Shown here: positions 10,280 to 19,069 of the stretch, piece by piece
How positions within the stretch are numbered: the stretch's first letter is position 1
How the letters are laid out: each line of letters starts with the position of its first letter
NCBI GenBank assembly: GCA_016866495.1
Contig: VGMG01000006.1
Span: 28,513-92,512 of the forward strand
Reading direction: 5' to 3'
Length of the DNA: 64,000 nt
Source of the DNA: Chlamydiota bacterium
GTDB taxonomy: Bacteria; Chlamydiota; Chlamydiia; Chlamydiales; RGXB01
Program-made: the position numbers and the translations under genes
Notes under the pieces: model-generated
What the model was told of the DNA's origin: nothing
What the model saw: the letters and a program-made list of their open reading frames with translations, nothing else
The model's database searches: none

Positions 10280-10516
10280 TTAAACGAAAGCGATTTTAAG
10301 CTCTGCACTATTGTCCGCATCCTCTGCTTTGACAATGATATTGCTTGCAGGGAAGTCGGGAACTGCTTCTTTGAGGATGTTGTAAGAGGTTCTTTTAGTT
10401 TCTTTCCATTCTTGGATCAAGTCGCGCACGAGCTCTCCAAAGGAAACTTTTCCTATGCAGAATTCACCCTCTTTTGCCATAGCTTTCTTATCAGCATCAC
10501 AACAACTTAGGCACAT
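10280..10516 (-). CDS. Small hypothetical protein (78 aa) with Cys-rich N-terminus MCLSCCD
   Basis: ORF on the glgA strand, 76 nt upstream of glgA. Strong Shine-Dalgarno AAGGAG 7 nt before the ATG (reverse complement of 10524-10529). No recognisable domain. Confidence 0.6.
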   Translation of the reverse strand: MCLSCCDADKKAMAKEGEFCIGKVSFGELVRDLIQEWKETKRTSYNILKEAVPDFPASNIIVKAEDADNSAELKIAFV

Positions 10517-10653
10517 ACCATCACTCCTTAAGATTGAATAGGTTATAGGTCAAATATTTTCACAAAGGGGGATTTATAGCTATAAAAATTTGACAAACAA
10601 TTTAAGAGGGCTTGACAGGCAATTTTTTTTAAAAGAAAAAAAACTTTAATAAA

Positions 10654-10682
10654 TTAGTGAATTTAAATATTTAGTTTATAAT
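10654..10682 (+). promoter_or_regulatory. Sigma70-like promoter candidate (TTAGTG-17-TATAAT)
   Basis: Consensus -10 TATAAT at 10677-10682. Weak -35 TTAGTG at 10654-10659 with 17-nt spacer. About 150 nt upstream of tRNA-Gln. Confidence 0.3.
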
Positions 10683-10790
10683 TGTTGCATTTCGAGGTCA
10701 TACATTAAGTCGTTAAGCCGCCTTTAGTTTAGAAAAAGCCCCCTTCTTGCTTAAGACTGGCCGATTCGCTAAATTAAAGACAAAAAAGCT

Positions 10791-10819
10791 TTGCCAAAAA
10801 TCGTCGGCAAATGTATATT
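10791..10819 (+). promoter_or_regulatory. Sigma70-like promoter candidate for tRNA-Gln / rplY (TTGCCA-17-TATATT)
   Basis: -35 TTGCCA at 10791-10796, 17-nt spacer, -10 TATATT at 10814-10819. The -10 ends 19 nt before the tRNA 5' end. Confidence 0.4.
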
Positions 10820-10838
10820 TTGGCGTAATAAAACTTGA

Positions 10839-10910
10839 TGGACTGTCGCCAAGTGGTAAGGCACCGGGTTTTGGCTCCGGCACGCGCAGGTTCGAATCCT
10901 GCCAGTCCAA
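10839..10910 (+). tRNA. tRNA-Gln (anticodon UUG)
   Basis: 72-nt cloverleaf folded by hand. Acceptor TGGACTG/CAGTCCA (U1-A72), anticodon stem CCGGG/TCCGG with loop TTTTGGC, T-arm GCAGG TTCGAAT CCTGC. CCA not encoded. Confidence 0.9.
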
Positions 10911-11059
10911 ATTTATAAACAAAAAAAGATAGACTTCTCGTGAAAGTGCGAGTTGACCATGACGTAAAGTCTCTATCAACAAATGTTTTTCTAGGATCTC
11001 ATTCTAGTTCTTCACAAGTTGTCTCTCTTTTTTACCCCAATCAAACCATCAGGAGAACT

Positions 11060-11611
11060 ATGAAGCTCAACGCGTCCACTTGTTCACGCGAGTCCAAGCG
11101 AGATATCAAGCTGATGAAGCTAGACGGATTCATCCCTGCAATCATCTACAGAAAAGGTGATGCTTCTCAAAAGATTCGTATTCTTAAGAAAGAATTCGAA
11201 GCGCATATGCGTCAAATCGAAAAAGGCCACTTGGCGACTACTGTTTTCACCGTACATTTTAATGGTAAAGACGAGCAAATGGTCGTTAAAGGTATTGAGT
11301 ACACAAAGACCACTTACGACGTTTTACACATCGATTTTCAGCCATTGACTGAAGGGAACATCAAAGTGCGTGTGCCAGTTGTTCTTTTAGGAGAGAAGGA
11401 TTGCGAAGCTGTAAAAGCAGGATTTAATCTTAAGCAAGCCAAACGTTTCGTTCGAGTAGAAGCACCAGTAAAACATATACCGGCTAAATTCGAAATCAAC
11501 GTTCGTGGATTGCAACCAAGAGAAAAAGTGCGTGTTGCTGATTTGCAAAAAGAGGCTCACGTTCGTATTCTTGCTGCAGATAATGAACTTATCGTAACAG
11601 CAAGCAAGTAA
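11060..11611 (+). CDS. rplY: 50S ribosomal protein L25 / general stress protein Ctc
   Basis: L25/Ctc-like sequence (KLMKLDGFIPAIIYRKG...). I start at the internal ATG 11060, which is preceded by AGGAGA. The tracked ORF start at 10940 would abut the tRNA. Confidence 0.88.
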   Translation: MKLNASTCSRESKRDIKLMKLDGFIPAIIYRKGDASQKIRILKKEFEAHMRQIEKGHLATTVFTVHFNGKDEQMVVKGIEYTKTTYDVLHIDFQPLTEGNIKVRVPVVLLGEKDCEAVKAGFNLKQAKRFVRVEAPVKHIPAKFEINVRGLQPREKVRVADLQKEAHVRILAADNELIVTASK

Positions 11612-11616
11612 GTATT

Positions 11617-12144
11617 GTGAAGCTCGTTGTCGGTTTGGGGAATGTGGGAGCAGGTTACGCCAAAACCCGCCATAACGCAGGATTTATCCTCCTGGATAGT
11701 TATGCGGCAAAAAAAGGGTTGGTTTTTACCTACTCTAAGTATTGCAAAGGGGAAGTAGCAGCAACTCCAACTGCCATTTTTTTGAAACCGTCGACTTACA
11801 TGAATCTTTCAGGGCAAGCTTTAAAGGCGGCCAAAGATTTTTTTCACGTTGAGCTGCAAGACATTCTTGTTTTGACAGACGATGTGGAAAGCCCTCTAGG
11901 GATCTTTCGTTTAAAGAAAGAGGGAGGGGCTAAAGGTCACAACGGGCTTAGAAGTATTGAGGCCTCTTTAGGAACAAAATCCTTTCCCAGGCTATGGATC
12001 GGAATCAGTAGAGATAACACAGTCCCCCTGGACCAGTATGTGTTGGAGCCGTTCCGAAAAGAGGAATTAGAAAAGCTAAATGAAGAAGAAGACAAGATTC
12101 ATCAGGTAATTGATGAGTGGATTTTAGGAGTCACGAATGTCTAA
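11617..12144 (+). CDS. pth: Peptidyl-tRNA hydrolase
   Basis: 175 aa, GTG start. VGLGNVGAGYAKTRHNAGF and GHNGLRSI motifs. Confidence 0.93.
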   Translation: MKLVVGLGNVGAGYAKTRHNAGFILLDSYAAKKGLVFTYSKYCKGEVAATPTAIFLKPSTYMNLSGQALKAAKDFFHVELQDILVLTDDVESPLGIFRLKKEGGAKGHNGLRSIEASLGTKSFPRLWIGISRDNTVPLDQYVLEPFRKEELEKLNEEEDKIHQVIDEWILGVTNV

Positions 12145-12481
12145 ACAACAAAGAGTCCGCCTTTACGAGGGTATGTACATTTTAAAAAGTACGCTCGGGG
12201 AAGAGGCACACCAAAAAGCTCTTGAGCGTATCTTCGGTATTATCACAGCTCAAGGTGGCGAAGTAAAAAAATTATTCGATATGGGACGTAGACGTCTTGC
12301 ATACGAGATCAAAGAGAACAGAGAAGGTCACTATATTTTGATCTTTTTTGAAGCTCCTTCAACAGGTTTGGTTGAGATCAACCGCGAAAACGGGTTCCAC
12401 GAGGATCTATTGCGCTCTATGATCATCACTGCGGAATCGGTTCCTGAAGAAATTTCGTTCAAACAATTGGTTCAAGTATAG
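12137..12481 (+). CDS. rpsF: 30S ribosomal protein S6
   Basis: 114 aa. YEGMYILKS...WGRRRLAYEI-like core (MGRRRLAYEIKENREGHY). Overlaps the pth stop by 8 nt. Confidence 0.93.
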   Translation: MSKQQRVRLYEGMYILKSTLGEEAHQKALERIFGIITAQGGEVKKLFDMGRRRLAYEIKENREGHYILIFFEAPSTGLVEINRENGFHEDLLRSMIITAESVPEEISFKQLVQV

Positions 12482-12489
12482 GGTGAGTT

Positions 12490-12726
12490 ATGAGAAAATC
12501 TTCTACAGATAAAAAGTCGGCGAAGAAAAAGTGCTTGTTCACCCAGTCAGGGTTCAAAGCCATCGATTATAAAGACGTGGAGACTCTAAGCCAGTTCGTT
12601 ACAGAGCGCGGCAAAATTCTTCCACGCCGTATCAGCGGAACATCGACGCATTTCCAGCGCATTTTGACTGCTGCGATCAAGCGTGCACGTTTTGTTGCAT
12701 TACTACCGTTCGTTGCTAAAGATTAA
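12490..12726 (+). CDS. rpsR: 30S ribosomal protein S18
   Basis: 78 aa. [33 protein letters not shown] motif. Confidence 0.93.
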   Translation: MRKSSTDKKSAKKKCLFTQSGFKAIDYKDVETLSQFVTERGKILPRRISGTSTHFQRILTAAIKRARFVALLPFVAKD

Positions 12727-12743
12727 TCAAGGAGAAAACTACT

Positions 12744-13280
12744 ATGAAACAGAATCGCGTTCTTCTGATTAAAGATGTTAGAAACCTTGGACGCAGCGGC
12801 GACATCGTCAATGTAAAGCCAGGTTTTGGTCGTAATTTTTTGATCCCTTACGGTCATGCTATTCGCGCTACAGCACACACAGAAAAGCTACAAACCAAGC
12901 TCCGCGAAGAGCGTTTGGTGAAAGCTGCTGAAGATCGAAAAGTATCTGAGCGTATCAAATCTCAACTTGAGCAATTGACATTTGTTGTTGATGTGCGTGT
13001 TGACGATACAGGGCACCTTTATGGTTCCGTGAATGTTCAAGACATTTTGAACCTTTTGCACCAAGAGAACTTTCAAGAGATTGAAAAAGGGCAAATTAAA
13101 TTAGCTCAACCGATTAAACAACTCGGCAATCATGTTGTAAAAATTCGTCTGAAAGAGGATGTGGATGCAGAGATGCATATCCGAGTCAAAAACGACGAAT
13201 TTGAAGCAAGCTTGCATAAAAAGCAAGAAGAGGCCGAACATGCTGCTGTAGAGCCAGCTTCTACAGATTACAGCGAATAA
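12744..13280 (+). CDS. rplI: 50S ribosomal protein L9
   Basis: 178 aa. VLLIKDVRNLGRSGDIVNVKPGFGRNFLIP N-domain. Acidic C-terminal tail. Confidence 0.93.
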   Translation: MKQNRVLLIKDVRNLGRSGDIVNVKPGFGRNFLIPYGHAIRATAHTEKLQTKLREERLVKAAEDRKVSERIKSQLEQLTFVVDVRVDDTGHLYGSVNVQDILNLLHQENFQEIEKGQIKLAQPIKQLGNHVVKIRLKEDVDAEMHIRVKNDEFEASLHKKQEEAEHAAVEPASTDYSE

Positions 13281-13294
13281 TTCGGGTTTTTGCT

Positions 13295-14098
13295 GTGTCT
13301 TATCTATTCCTCTCTCCTGCAAAAATCAATTTAGATTTTAAGATTTTAGGCAGGAGAGAGGATGGATATCACCTCATAAAATCAGAGATGGTTGCTGTGA
13401 GCCTTTTTGATTTTCTAGAGATTTCCATCAGCGATGAAAATATTCTCACCTCATCAACACCGCTCCCGTTTGATTTTTCGACGTCCATTTTTTTCAAAGT
13501 ATACCTCGAGTTAAAGAAAAGATTTTCTCTGCTCCCTTTTTTTAAAATACACCTTAAAAAAAACATTCCGATCGGTGCGGGTCTTGGTGGAGGCTCATCG
13601 AATGCCGCGACCTTTATTTATGCTGTAAATCAGATTTGTAATTTGCAAATGGATGAAAAGGAGATGTCCGATATTGGAAAGCGAATTGGAGCCGATGTTC
13701 CATTTTTTTTCTCCTCTGGGCGAGCTTTAGCCGAGGACATCGGTACCCAAATTACCCCCTTAGAGGCAAAAGACAAAGATTTTTACACCCTTCTTTTTTG
13801 CGATCTTTCACTTCTTACTCCTCAAGTCTATCGCTTTGTAAACCTGATCGAGATTGACCATAGAGCTAAGAATCAACTAGAAAAATTTGCTCTATGTGCC
13901 TACCCTGCTTACGCTACAACGTTAGCATCATGGAGACAACTTTTACCCGGTGTAACGATGACGGGTTCCGGGTCTTGCGCTTTTATTGAGGGGCAAGCTC
14001 CTTTTTCTCAATATGGATTTCAGGGATTTCATGTCAGGTCTTTATGTCGAGATTCAGGGGAGTGGTACAAACCACCTTTTCAAGACAATACTATTTGA
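13295..14098 (+). CDS. ispE: 4-diphosphocytidyl-2-C-methyl-D-erythritol kinase
   Basis: 267 aa, GTG start. SPAKINL...GYH and GHMP-kinase motif IPIGAGLGGGSSNAA. Confidence 0.88.
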   Translation: MSYLFLSPAKINLDFKILGRREDGYHLIKSEMVAVSLFDFLEISISDENILTSSTPLPFDFSTSIFFKVYLELKKRFSLLPFFKIHLKKNIPIGAGLGGGSSNAATFIYAVNQICNLQMDEKEMSDIGKRIGADVPFFFSSGRALAEDIGTQITPLEAKDKDFYTLLFCDLSLLTPQVYRFVNLIEIDHRAKNQLEKFALCAYPAYATTLASWRQLLPGVTMTGSGSCAFIEGQAPFSQYGFQGFHVRSLCRDSGEWYKPPFQDNTI

Positions 14099-14152
14099 AA
14101 CCAACTAGAACACCTTGTTATACTCACCCAAGTTACCTGGGTTAGAGTAAAG

Positions 14153-15121
14153 ATGGCCATGAATCATGATGATTTGATTGTTGTTACTGGTGGTGCGGGT
14201 TTTATCGCAAGATACGTCGTAAAAGAATTGAACCAAAGGAATTATCACCGAATTGTTCTTTTTGATCGTTACGATCGCTTAACCCAACAACATTTCGAAA
14301 ATCTAAGGGGATTATCCTACAGTTCTCTTAAATCGAGTGAGAATCTTGAGGCTTTTTTTGATGCAGAGGGGGATCAGATCAAATGTGTTATCCATTTAGC
14401 GGCAAATTCTAATACAACCGGAACAGATCCTAACGACTACTTAGAGAACAACTACGAACTATCTAAATTCATCGCCGATTTTTGCATAGAAGAGAAGATT
14501 CGGTTCATATATGCTTCTTCAGCCTCGATTTACGGGGATGGCTCAATGGGGTTTAGTGACGATCCCAAAAAGTTCAAAGAAAATCGACCGCTCAATTTGT
14601 ATGCCTGGTCTAAATATCTCTTTGACCAATATATCTACGACAATAATCTCGAAGAGAAAGTGCTAGGTCTTCGATTTTTCAATGTTTTTGGCCAGGACCG
14701 GTCTAAAGCAGATATGCAGTGTATTATTACAAAAACATTTAATAAGATATGTGAAAAAAAGAAAGTGGAAATTTTTGACGTAGAGTCCACTAGAGACTTT
14801 GTTTTTGTGAAAGATGTAGCCCGCTTTATTGTCGAATCTATCGGCAAATCAAGTTCTGGAATACTGAATTTCGGAACAGGAGTTTCTACTCCATTCAGGC
14901 AGGTTTGCGAAATGGTTTTTGAAGCGATGGATCACCCTCCGCAGTTTGAAAAAATCTCAATGCCTAGTCATCTTATAGGTAAATATCAGTACCATACGCA
15001 AAGTAAAAATGGGCGGTTAGATGAGATGATAGAAAAGCATCACTACAATTTCAAATTCACACCCCTTCAAGAGGCGATTCAAGATACTATAGAGGAGCTA
15101 AAATCCCAGACATGCGTTTAG
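14153..15121 (+). CDS. hldD: ADP-L-glycero-D-manno-heptose 6-epimerase
   Basis: 322 aa. VTGGAGFIA Rossmann motif. Blocks collinear with E. coli HldD as recalled: YASSASIYG, PLNLYAWSKYLFDQY, GLRFFNVFG, RDFVFVKDVA, ILNFGTG, GKYQYHTQ. Confidence 0.85.
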   Translation: MAMNHDDLIVVTGGAGFIARYVVKELNQRNYHRIVLFDRYDRLTQQHFENLRGLSYSSLKSSENLEAFFDAEGDQIKCVIHLAANSNTTGTDPNDYLENNYELSKFIADFCIEEKIRFIYASSASIYGDGSMGFSDDPKKFKENRPLNLYAWSKYLFDQYIYDNNLEEKVLGLRFFNVFGQDRSKADMQCIITKTFNKICEKKKVEIFDVESTRDFVFVKDVARFIVESIGKSSSGILNFGTGVSTPFRQVCEMVFEAMDHPPQFEKISMPSHLIGKYQYHTQSKNGRLDEMIEKHHYNFKFTPLQEAIQDTIEELKSQTCV

Positions 15122-16089
15122 ACGAAGCTCTTATTAAAAATGCCCGTATTTTAGTATGTGGGGATTTTATTATCGATCATTACGTAAAAGGTGTAGTGGA
15201 ACGAATTTCTCCTGAAGCTCCTGTACCGGTTTTAAAAAAAACATCCTCCAGCTTCAGGCTTGGGGGTGCTGCAAATGTAGCCGTCAATTGTTCGAGTTTG
15301 GGGGCAAAAACCCATCTTTTAACAGTCAGTGGACCTTCATCTCAGGACTACTCCTTAACAGATCTTTTTGAATCTGCAGGTCTTTCAATAGATCACGTTG
15401 TAATAGATCCCTCTGTACGCCCTATCATTAAAACAAGATTCATGGCAGATGGTCATCACATTCTAAGAGTTGATGAGGAACAGATACCCAACTACCCTCC
15501 CAAATTGATTTCCCTGCTGATTCAAAAATTTGAAAAATTGGTACATGAAAGCGATGTGATTGTGTTTTCCGATTATGCAAAGGGTTTTTTCGAGCCAACA
15601 ATACTTTTTGAGTTTCTAAAAATAGCCCGCAACTTAAATAAAAAAGTTTTGGTAGACCCTAAAGGGATTCACTATGCAAAATACAGAGGCTGTTTTTGTA
15701 TAAAACCGAATAAAATCGAAGCCTATAAGGCGGCAAATTGCGATCCTTCCACCCCGATCGAAAAGGTGTCTCAAATCCTTTTAGATACTGTTGAATCCGA
15801 CTATCTTTTGATTACCCGTTCCGCTGAGGGGATGACCCTTTTTGAAAATGGGGTGAGAGCTAAACATTTTGCGGCAGTTAAGCAAGATATTGTAGATGTA
15901 GTTGGTGCGGGTGATACGGCTCTCTCGCTTTTAGCTGTGGCGATAGCGGCAGAAGTATCAATAGAAGAGGCTGTCATTATTGCGAACGCAGGCTCCTCTA
16001 TTGTAATCGCTAAGCAAGGTTGTGCTAGTGTAACATTTGATGAACTTCAAGATCGACTTTTAAGTACCCAAAAAAGTTTTTGCTTTTAG
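15112..16089 (+). CDS. hldA: D-glycero-beta-D-manno-heptose-7-phosphate kinase (HldE domain I only; pfkB family)
   Basis: 325 aa. VCGDFIIDHYVKG..RISPEAPVPV, GGAANVA, DYAKG, VDPKG, VDVVGAGDT. No C-terminal cytidylyl/adenylyltransferase domain. Overlaps hldD by 10 nt. Confidence 0.87.
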   Translation: MRLDEALIKNARILVCGDFIIDHYVKGVVERISPEAPVPVLKKTSSSFRLGGAANVAVNCSSLGAKTHLLTVSGPSSQDYSLTDLFESAGLSIDHVVIDPSVRPIIKTRFMADGHHILRVDEEQIPNYPPKLISLLIQKFEKLVHESDVIVFSDYAKGFFEPTILFEFLKIARNLNKKVLVDPKGIHYAKYRGCFCIKPNKIEAYKAANCDPSTPIEKVSQILLDTVESDYLLITRSAEGMTLFENGVRAKHFAAVKQDIVDVVGAGDTALSLLAVAIAAEVSIEEAVIIANAGSSIVIAKQGCASVTFDELQDRLLSTQKSFCF

Positions 16090-16164
16090 TCGATGGATCC
16101 AATCTAAATCAGCTGAATTCAAAAAAGTTTATTTTAAAAAACAATCTATTTTTTCATCGTAACC

Positions 16165-17073
16165 TCAGGGTAGTTGGGCTTTTTCGAGCGCACTAACCCT
16201 TTTTTCGATCGGTGGATGGGTGCTAAAAAGCTCCATAAAGCTGCTTTTACCATTGCACATGAGTGCAGCCACCGATTGCGGAGTGTCCTCTTTTTCAATA
16301 TTTTTGGAGGTCTCTTGAAGACGTCTCAAAGCACGTATCATTTGTTGTTTACTACTTAATTCTGCCCCCCCTAGGTCCGCTTTATACTCGCGATGCCTAC
16401 TAAATGTGCAAAGAATCATAGAGCCAATAAGCATAAAAATAACGTCTAGGACTAGTCTTGAAATAAGGTAAACGCTAAAGTTATGCTCTTGCCGCCCCCT
16501 TCTTGTGTGCATCGCAATCAGTTGGGAAATTGTGTAGGATAAAAAAATCACAAACGTATTTACGACTCCTTGCAGGAGGGTCATAGTCACCATGTCCCCG
16601 TTTTTTATGTGGGCTATTTCATGTCCGATGACCGCTTCTAACTCCTCCTCGTTTAGCTTACTTAAAAGACCGGTCGATACGGCGACTAAGGAATTATTAC
16701 AGGTCGGGCCGGTAGCAAAAGCATTAGGGGTGGGGGAAATAAATATCCCTATTTCAGGGGCCTTTTGAAGTTGTGCTTTTTGAGATAGGTTATGAATGAT
16801 CTTCTTCAAAAGCATCCCTTCGGTTGAACAATCGTAGGGAGTTATGATTTTGATCTTCATCGCCCATTTTGCAAGTGTTTTCGACAGCATTAAGGAGATG
16901 AAAGCTCCGGTCATGCCATAAACTAGAAAAACAAAGAAAAGATAAAAAGGTTGGATTTGGTGCTGTTGAAGATATTTGTTCAGGCCAGTTAGGGATAGAA
17001 TAAAGGAAGCTGTAAAACAAATAATTAAGTTCAGAATGAAAAAAAGGAAAATGCGTCTGATTGTATGCATCAT
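16165..17073 (-). CDS. htpX: Zinc metalloprotease HtpX (peptidase M48)
   Basis: 302 aa, multi-TM. HEIAHIKNGD zinc motif and C-terminal STHPPIEKR. Confidence 0.9.
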   Translation of the reverse strand: MMHTIRRIFLFFILNLIICFTASFILSLTGLNKYLQQHQIQPFYLFFVFLVYGMTGAFISLMLSKTLAKWAMKIKIITPYDCSTEGMLLKKIIHNLSQKAQLQKAPEIGIFISPTPNAFATGPTCNNSLVAVSTGLLSKLNEEELEAVIGHEIAHIKNGDMVTMTLLQGVVNTFVIFLSYTISQLIAMHTRRGRQEHNFSVYLISRLVLDVIFMLIGSMILCTFSRHREYKADLGGAELSSKQQMIRALRRLQETSKNIEKEDTPQSVAALMCNGKSSFMELFSTHPPIEKRVSALEKAQLP

Positions 17074-17357
17074 ACCCCCTGAAGGTTATTTTTTTAAAAT
17101 AGCTTAAAGATTTTAGATCAAATTTTATCTCTAGATTTTAACATAAAAAATGACTTAATTATAGAAAAATTCGATTGATACCAATTTTTTTAATAAAAAA
17201 AATGTAAAAAGATGGAGGTAAAATCGAAAAAATGTGTATAAATATGAACCTTAAAGATGGAGAATGATCCGGATAAGGATCTATTTTCCAGGAAATCTCC
17301 TAGAGATATCCTTTTATCGTTTAGCCCACATTAGTCGAGTTAAAACAACCGTTTAGT

Positions 17358-17582
17358 ATGTCAAAAGATCTAAAAAGTTTGAGTGGGGCGACCCCCCTAA
17401 ATAAGGCCAAAGCTCTGACTAATATTGCCAAAAATATCGATGATAACACTATTTGTTATGTTTTGATCACTTGTGAAAAGCCCCAGGGCAGTGGCTCCAT
17501 GCAAGTGGATCTTGTATATGAGGGGGATAAAAACTTGGCACAGCACCTTTTAAAAACTGCACAGTCAGCTTTTCAACCTTAA
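17358..17582 (+). CDS. Small hypothetical protein (74 aa)
   Basis: Only substantial ORF in the htpX / M20-peptidase spacer. No Shine-Dalgarno and no recognisable domain. Coding status uncertain. Confidence 0.35.
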   Translation: MSKDLKSLSGATPLNKAKALTNIAKNIDDNTICYVLITCEKPQGSGSMQVDLVYEGDKNLAQHLLKTAQSAFQP

Positions 17583-17686
17583 AAATTCTTAGTTTGCTCC
17601 ATGCGATTTTTTAAATTATTTGAGCTCTTTTTTTTATTTTGGCATGATCATACCTCTAATATGGTGTTTGGTTGGGAGTCAAAAAA

Positions 17687-18988
17687 ATGGAAAGGGCTTT
17701 AGGATATTTACAGGAACTTGTGGAAATTCCTACTGTTTCGAGCAAACCAGAGCATCATCAGGATCTAAAAAAGGGGGCTTCGGCAGTAGAAAAAATTCTC
17801 AAGGAGATTGGATTTACCCATGTCGAACGCTGGACCACTAAAACAGATGTAGATGCTCTGTTCGCAGAGCATAGGGGAAAAAACGCCAAAAAAACATTGT
17901 TGTTCTATGGGCACTATGATGTCCAACCGGTAGAACCTCTTGAGGAGTGGGCTACCCCCCCTTTTACATTAACAAAGGTAGGGGATTGGTATCATGCGAG
18001 GGGTGCGGAGGATAATAAAGGTCAACTATGCTGCATATTTTCCGCTTTGTACAAAAACTTACCGGACCACTTAAATATTAAGTTTTTGATTGAGGGCGAA
18101 GAGGAATCCTCTAGTCGTGGTTTATACGAGTTGATCGATCGAAAAAAAGAGGCTTTAAAAGCCGACTATCTTCTAGTTTTTGACGTAGATATCCTATCGA
18201 TAAACAAAGGGGCAGTAACTTGTGGCACAAGAGGTGTATACGGCTTTGATATCGAGGTAGTCACAGGTTTGGGGGACATGCACTCGGGAATGTATGGCGG
18301 GATCGCCCGTTCTGCTACAAGTGAGCTGAATTTTCTTTTATCTAAAATGCTTGGCCCGAATGGGGAGATTCTCGTTCCTGGTTTTTATGATACAATGATT
18401 GTGAAATCCCAACACAAAAAGGAGATGTTCTATTTCCAGGAACCAGAGGGGAGTTTTGCTCGTTATGATACATCTGAGATATCCTCCAAAGAGAGAAATT
18501 ATTTTTTACCTACACTAGAGATCAACGGGATGTTTGGTGGGCATACAGGCTCTGGTTCAAAGACCATTATTCCCGTAAAGGCTTTTGCTAAAATGTCTAT
18601 AAGGACCGTTGATGGACAAGATGGTTTTGATCTAATTGATCAAATCAACAGTTTTTTGCAGTCGATTAAGCATCCCCAAGTAGAAGTGCGTGTAAAAAAA
18701 CATGCGGGAGGCTCATATTCTTTTACCGATCCACAGGCGCCTTTTATTGACCATTTGCGTAGGACATACAAAAAAATTACAACAGAAAAATGTGAAACGG
18801 TTCTGTCTGGAGCAAGTATTCCTGTAGCCTCCCATTTACAAAAAGCAAGCGGAGCTGTTTTGGCATTTGCAGGTGTAGGCCTTAAAGAGGATTGCATCCA
18901 CTCTCCCAACGAAAGATTTAGCGAGCAACAGATAAAAAAAGGGGTTGTATTTATCAAAGAATTGCTTAATGAGTTGAAAGAGGCGTAA
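17687..18988 (+). CDS. M20/M25/M40-family metallopeptidase (dipeptidase/deacylase-like)
   Basis: YGHYDVQP, ARGAEDNKGQ and EGEEESSS motifs. ATG 17687 is preceded by GGGAG. The tracked TTG start at 17672 is less likely. Confidence 0.85.
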   Translation: MERALGYLQELVEIPTVSSKPEHHQDLKKGASAVEKILKEIGFTHVERWTTKTDVDALFAEHRGKNAKKTLLFYGHYDVQPVEPLEEWATPPFTLTKVGDWYHARGAEDNKGQLCCIFSALYKNLPDHLNIKFLIEGEEESSSRGLYELIDRKKEALKADYLLVFDVDILSINKGAVTCGTRGVYGFDIEVVTGLGDMHSGMYGGIARSATSELNFLLSKMLGPNGEILVPGFYDTMIVKSQHKKEMFYFQEPEGSFARYDTSEISSKERNYFLPTLEINGMFGGHTGSGSKTIIPVKAFAKMSIRTVDGQDGFDLIDQINSFLQSIKHPQVEVRVKKHAGGSYSFTDPQAPFIDHLRRTYKKITTEKCETVLSGASIPVASHLQKASGAVLAFAGVGLKEDCIHSPNERFSEQQIKKGVVFIKELLNELKEA

Positions 18989-19069
18989 TTTTTGCTAGAT
19001 TTCTCTTGAAAGTCATCAACGAGATTAGGCAAGATAAAAGTCTTTAAGGAAACAAAATAGAATGCGCCT

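Noticed and set aside
10713-10982. 89-aa minus-strand ORF and 61-aa plus-strand ORF (10747-10932) around tRNA-Gln
   Set aside because: They overlap the tRNA-Gln gene and its promoter region, and have no Shine-Dalgarno or motif support.
10940-11059. N-terminal extensions proposed by the ORF track for several genes (rplY 10940, mtaB-like 23909, truB 47490, lptG-like 34889, lipoprotein 63003, aspartokinase 54232, M20 peptidase 17672)
   Set aside because: In each case an internal ATG gives a better model. It has a Shine-Dalgarno or a canonical family N-terminus, or it removes an overlap with an upstream gene or tRNA. The extensions encode non-conserved-looking sequence.
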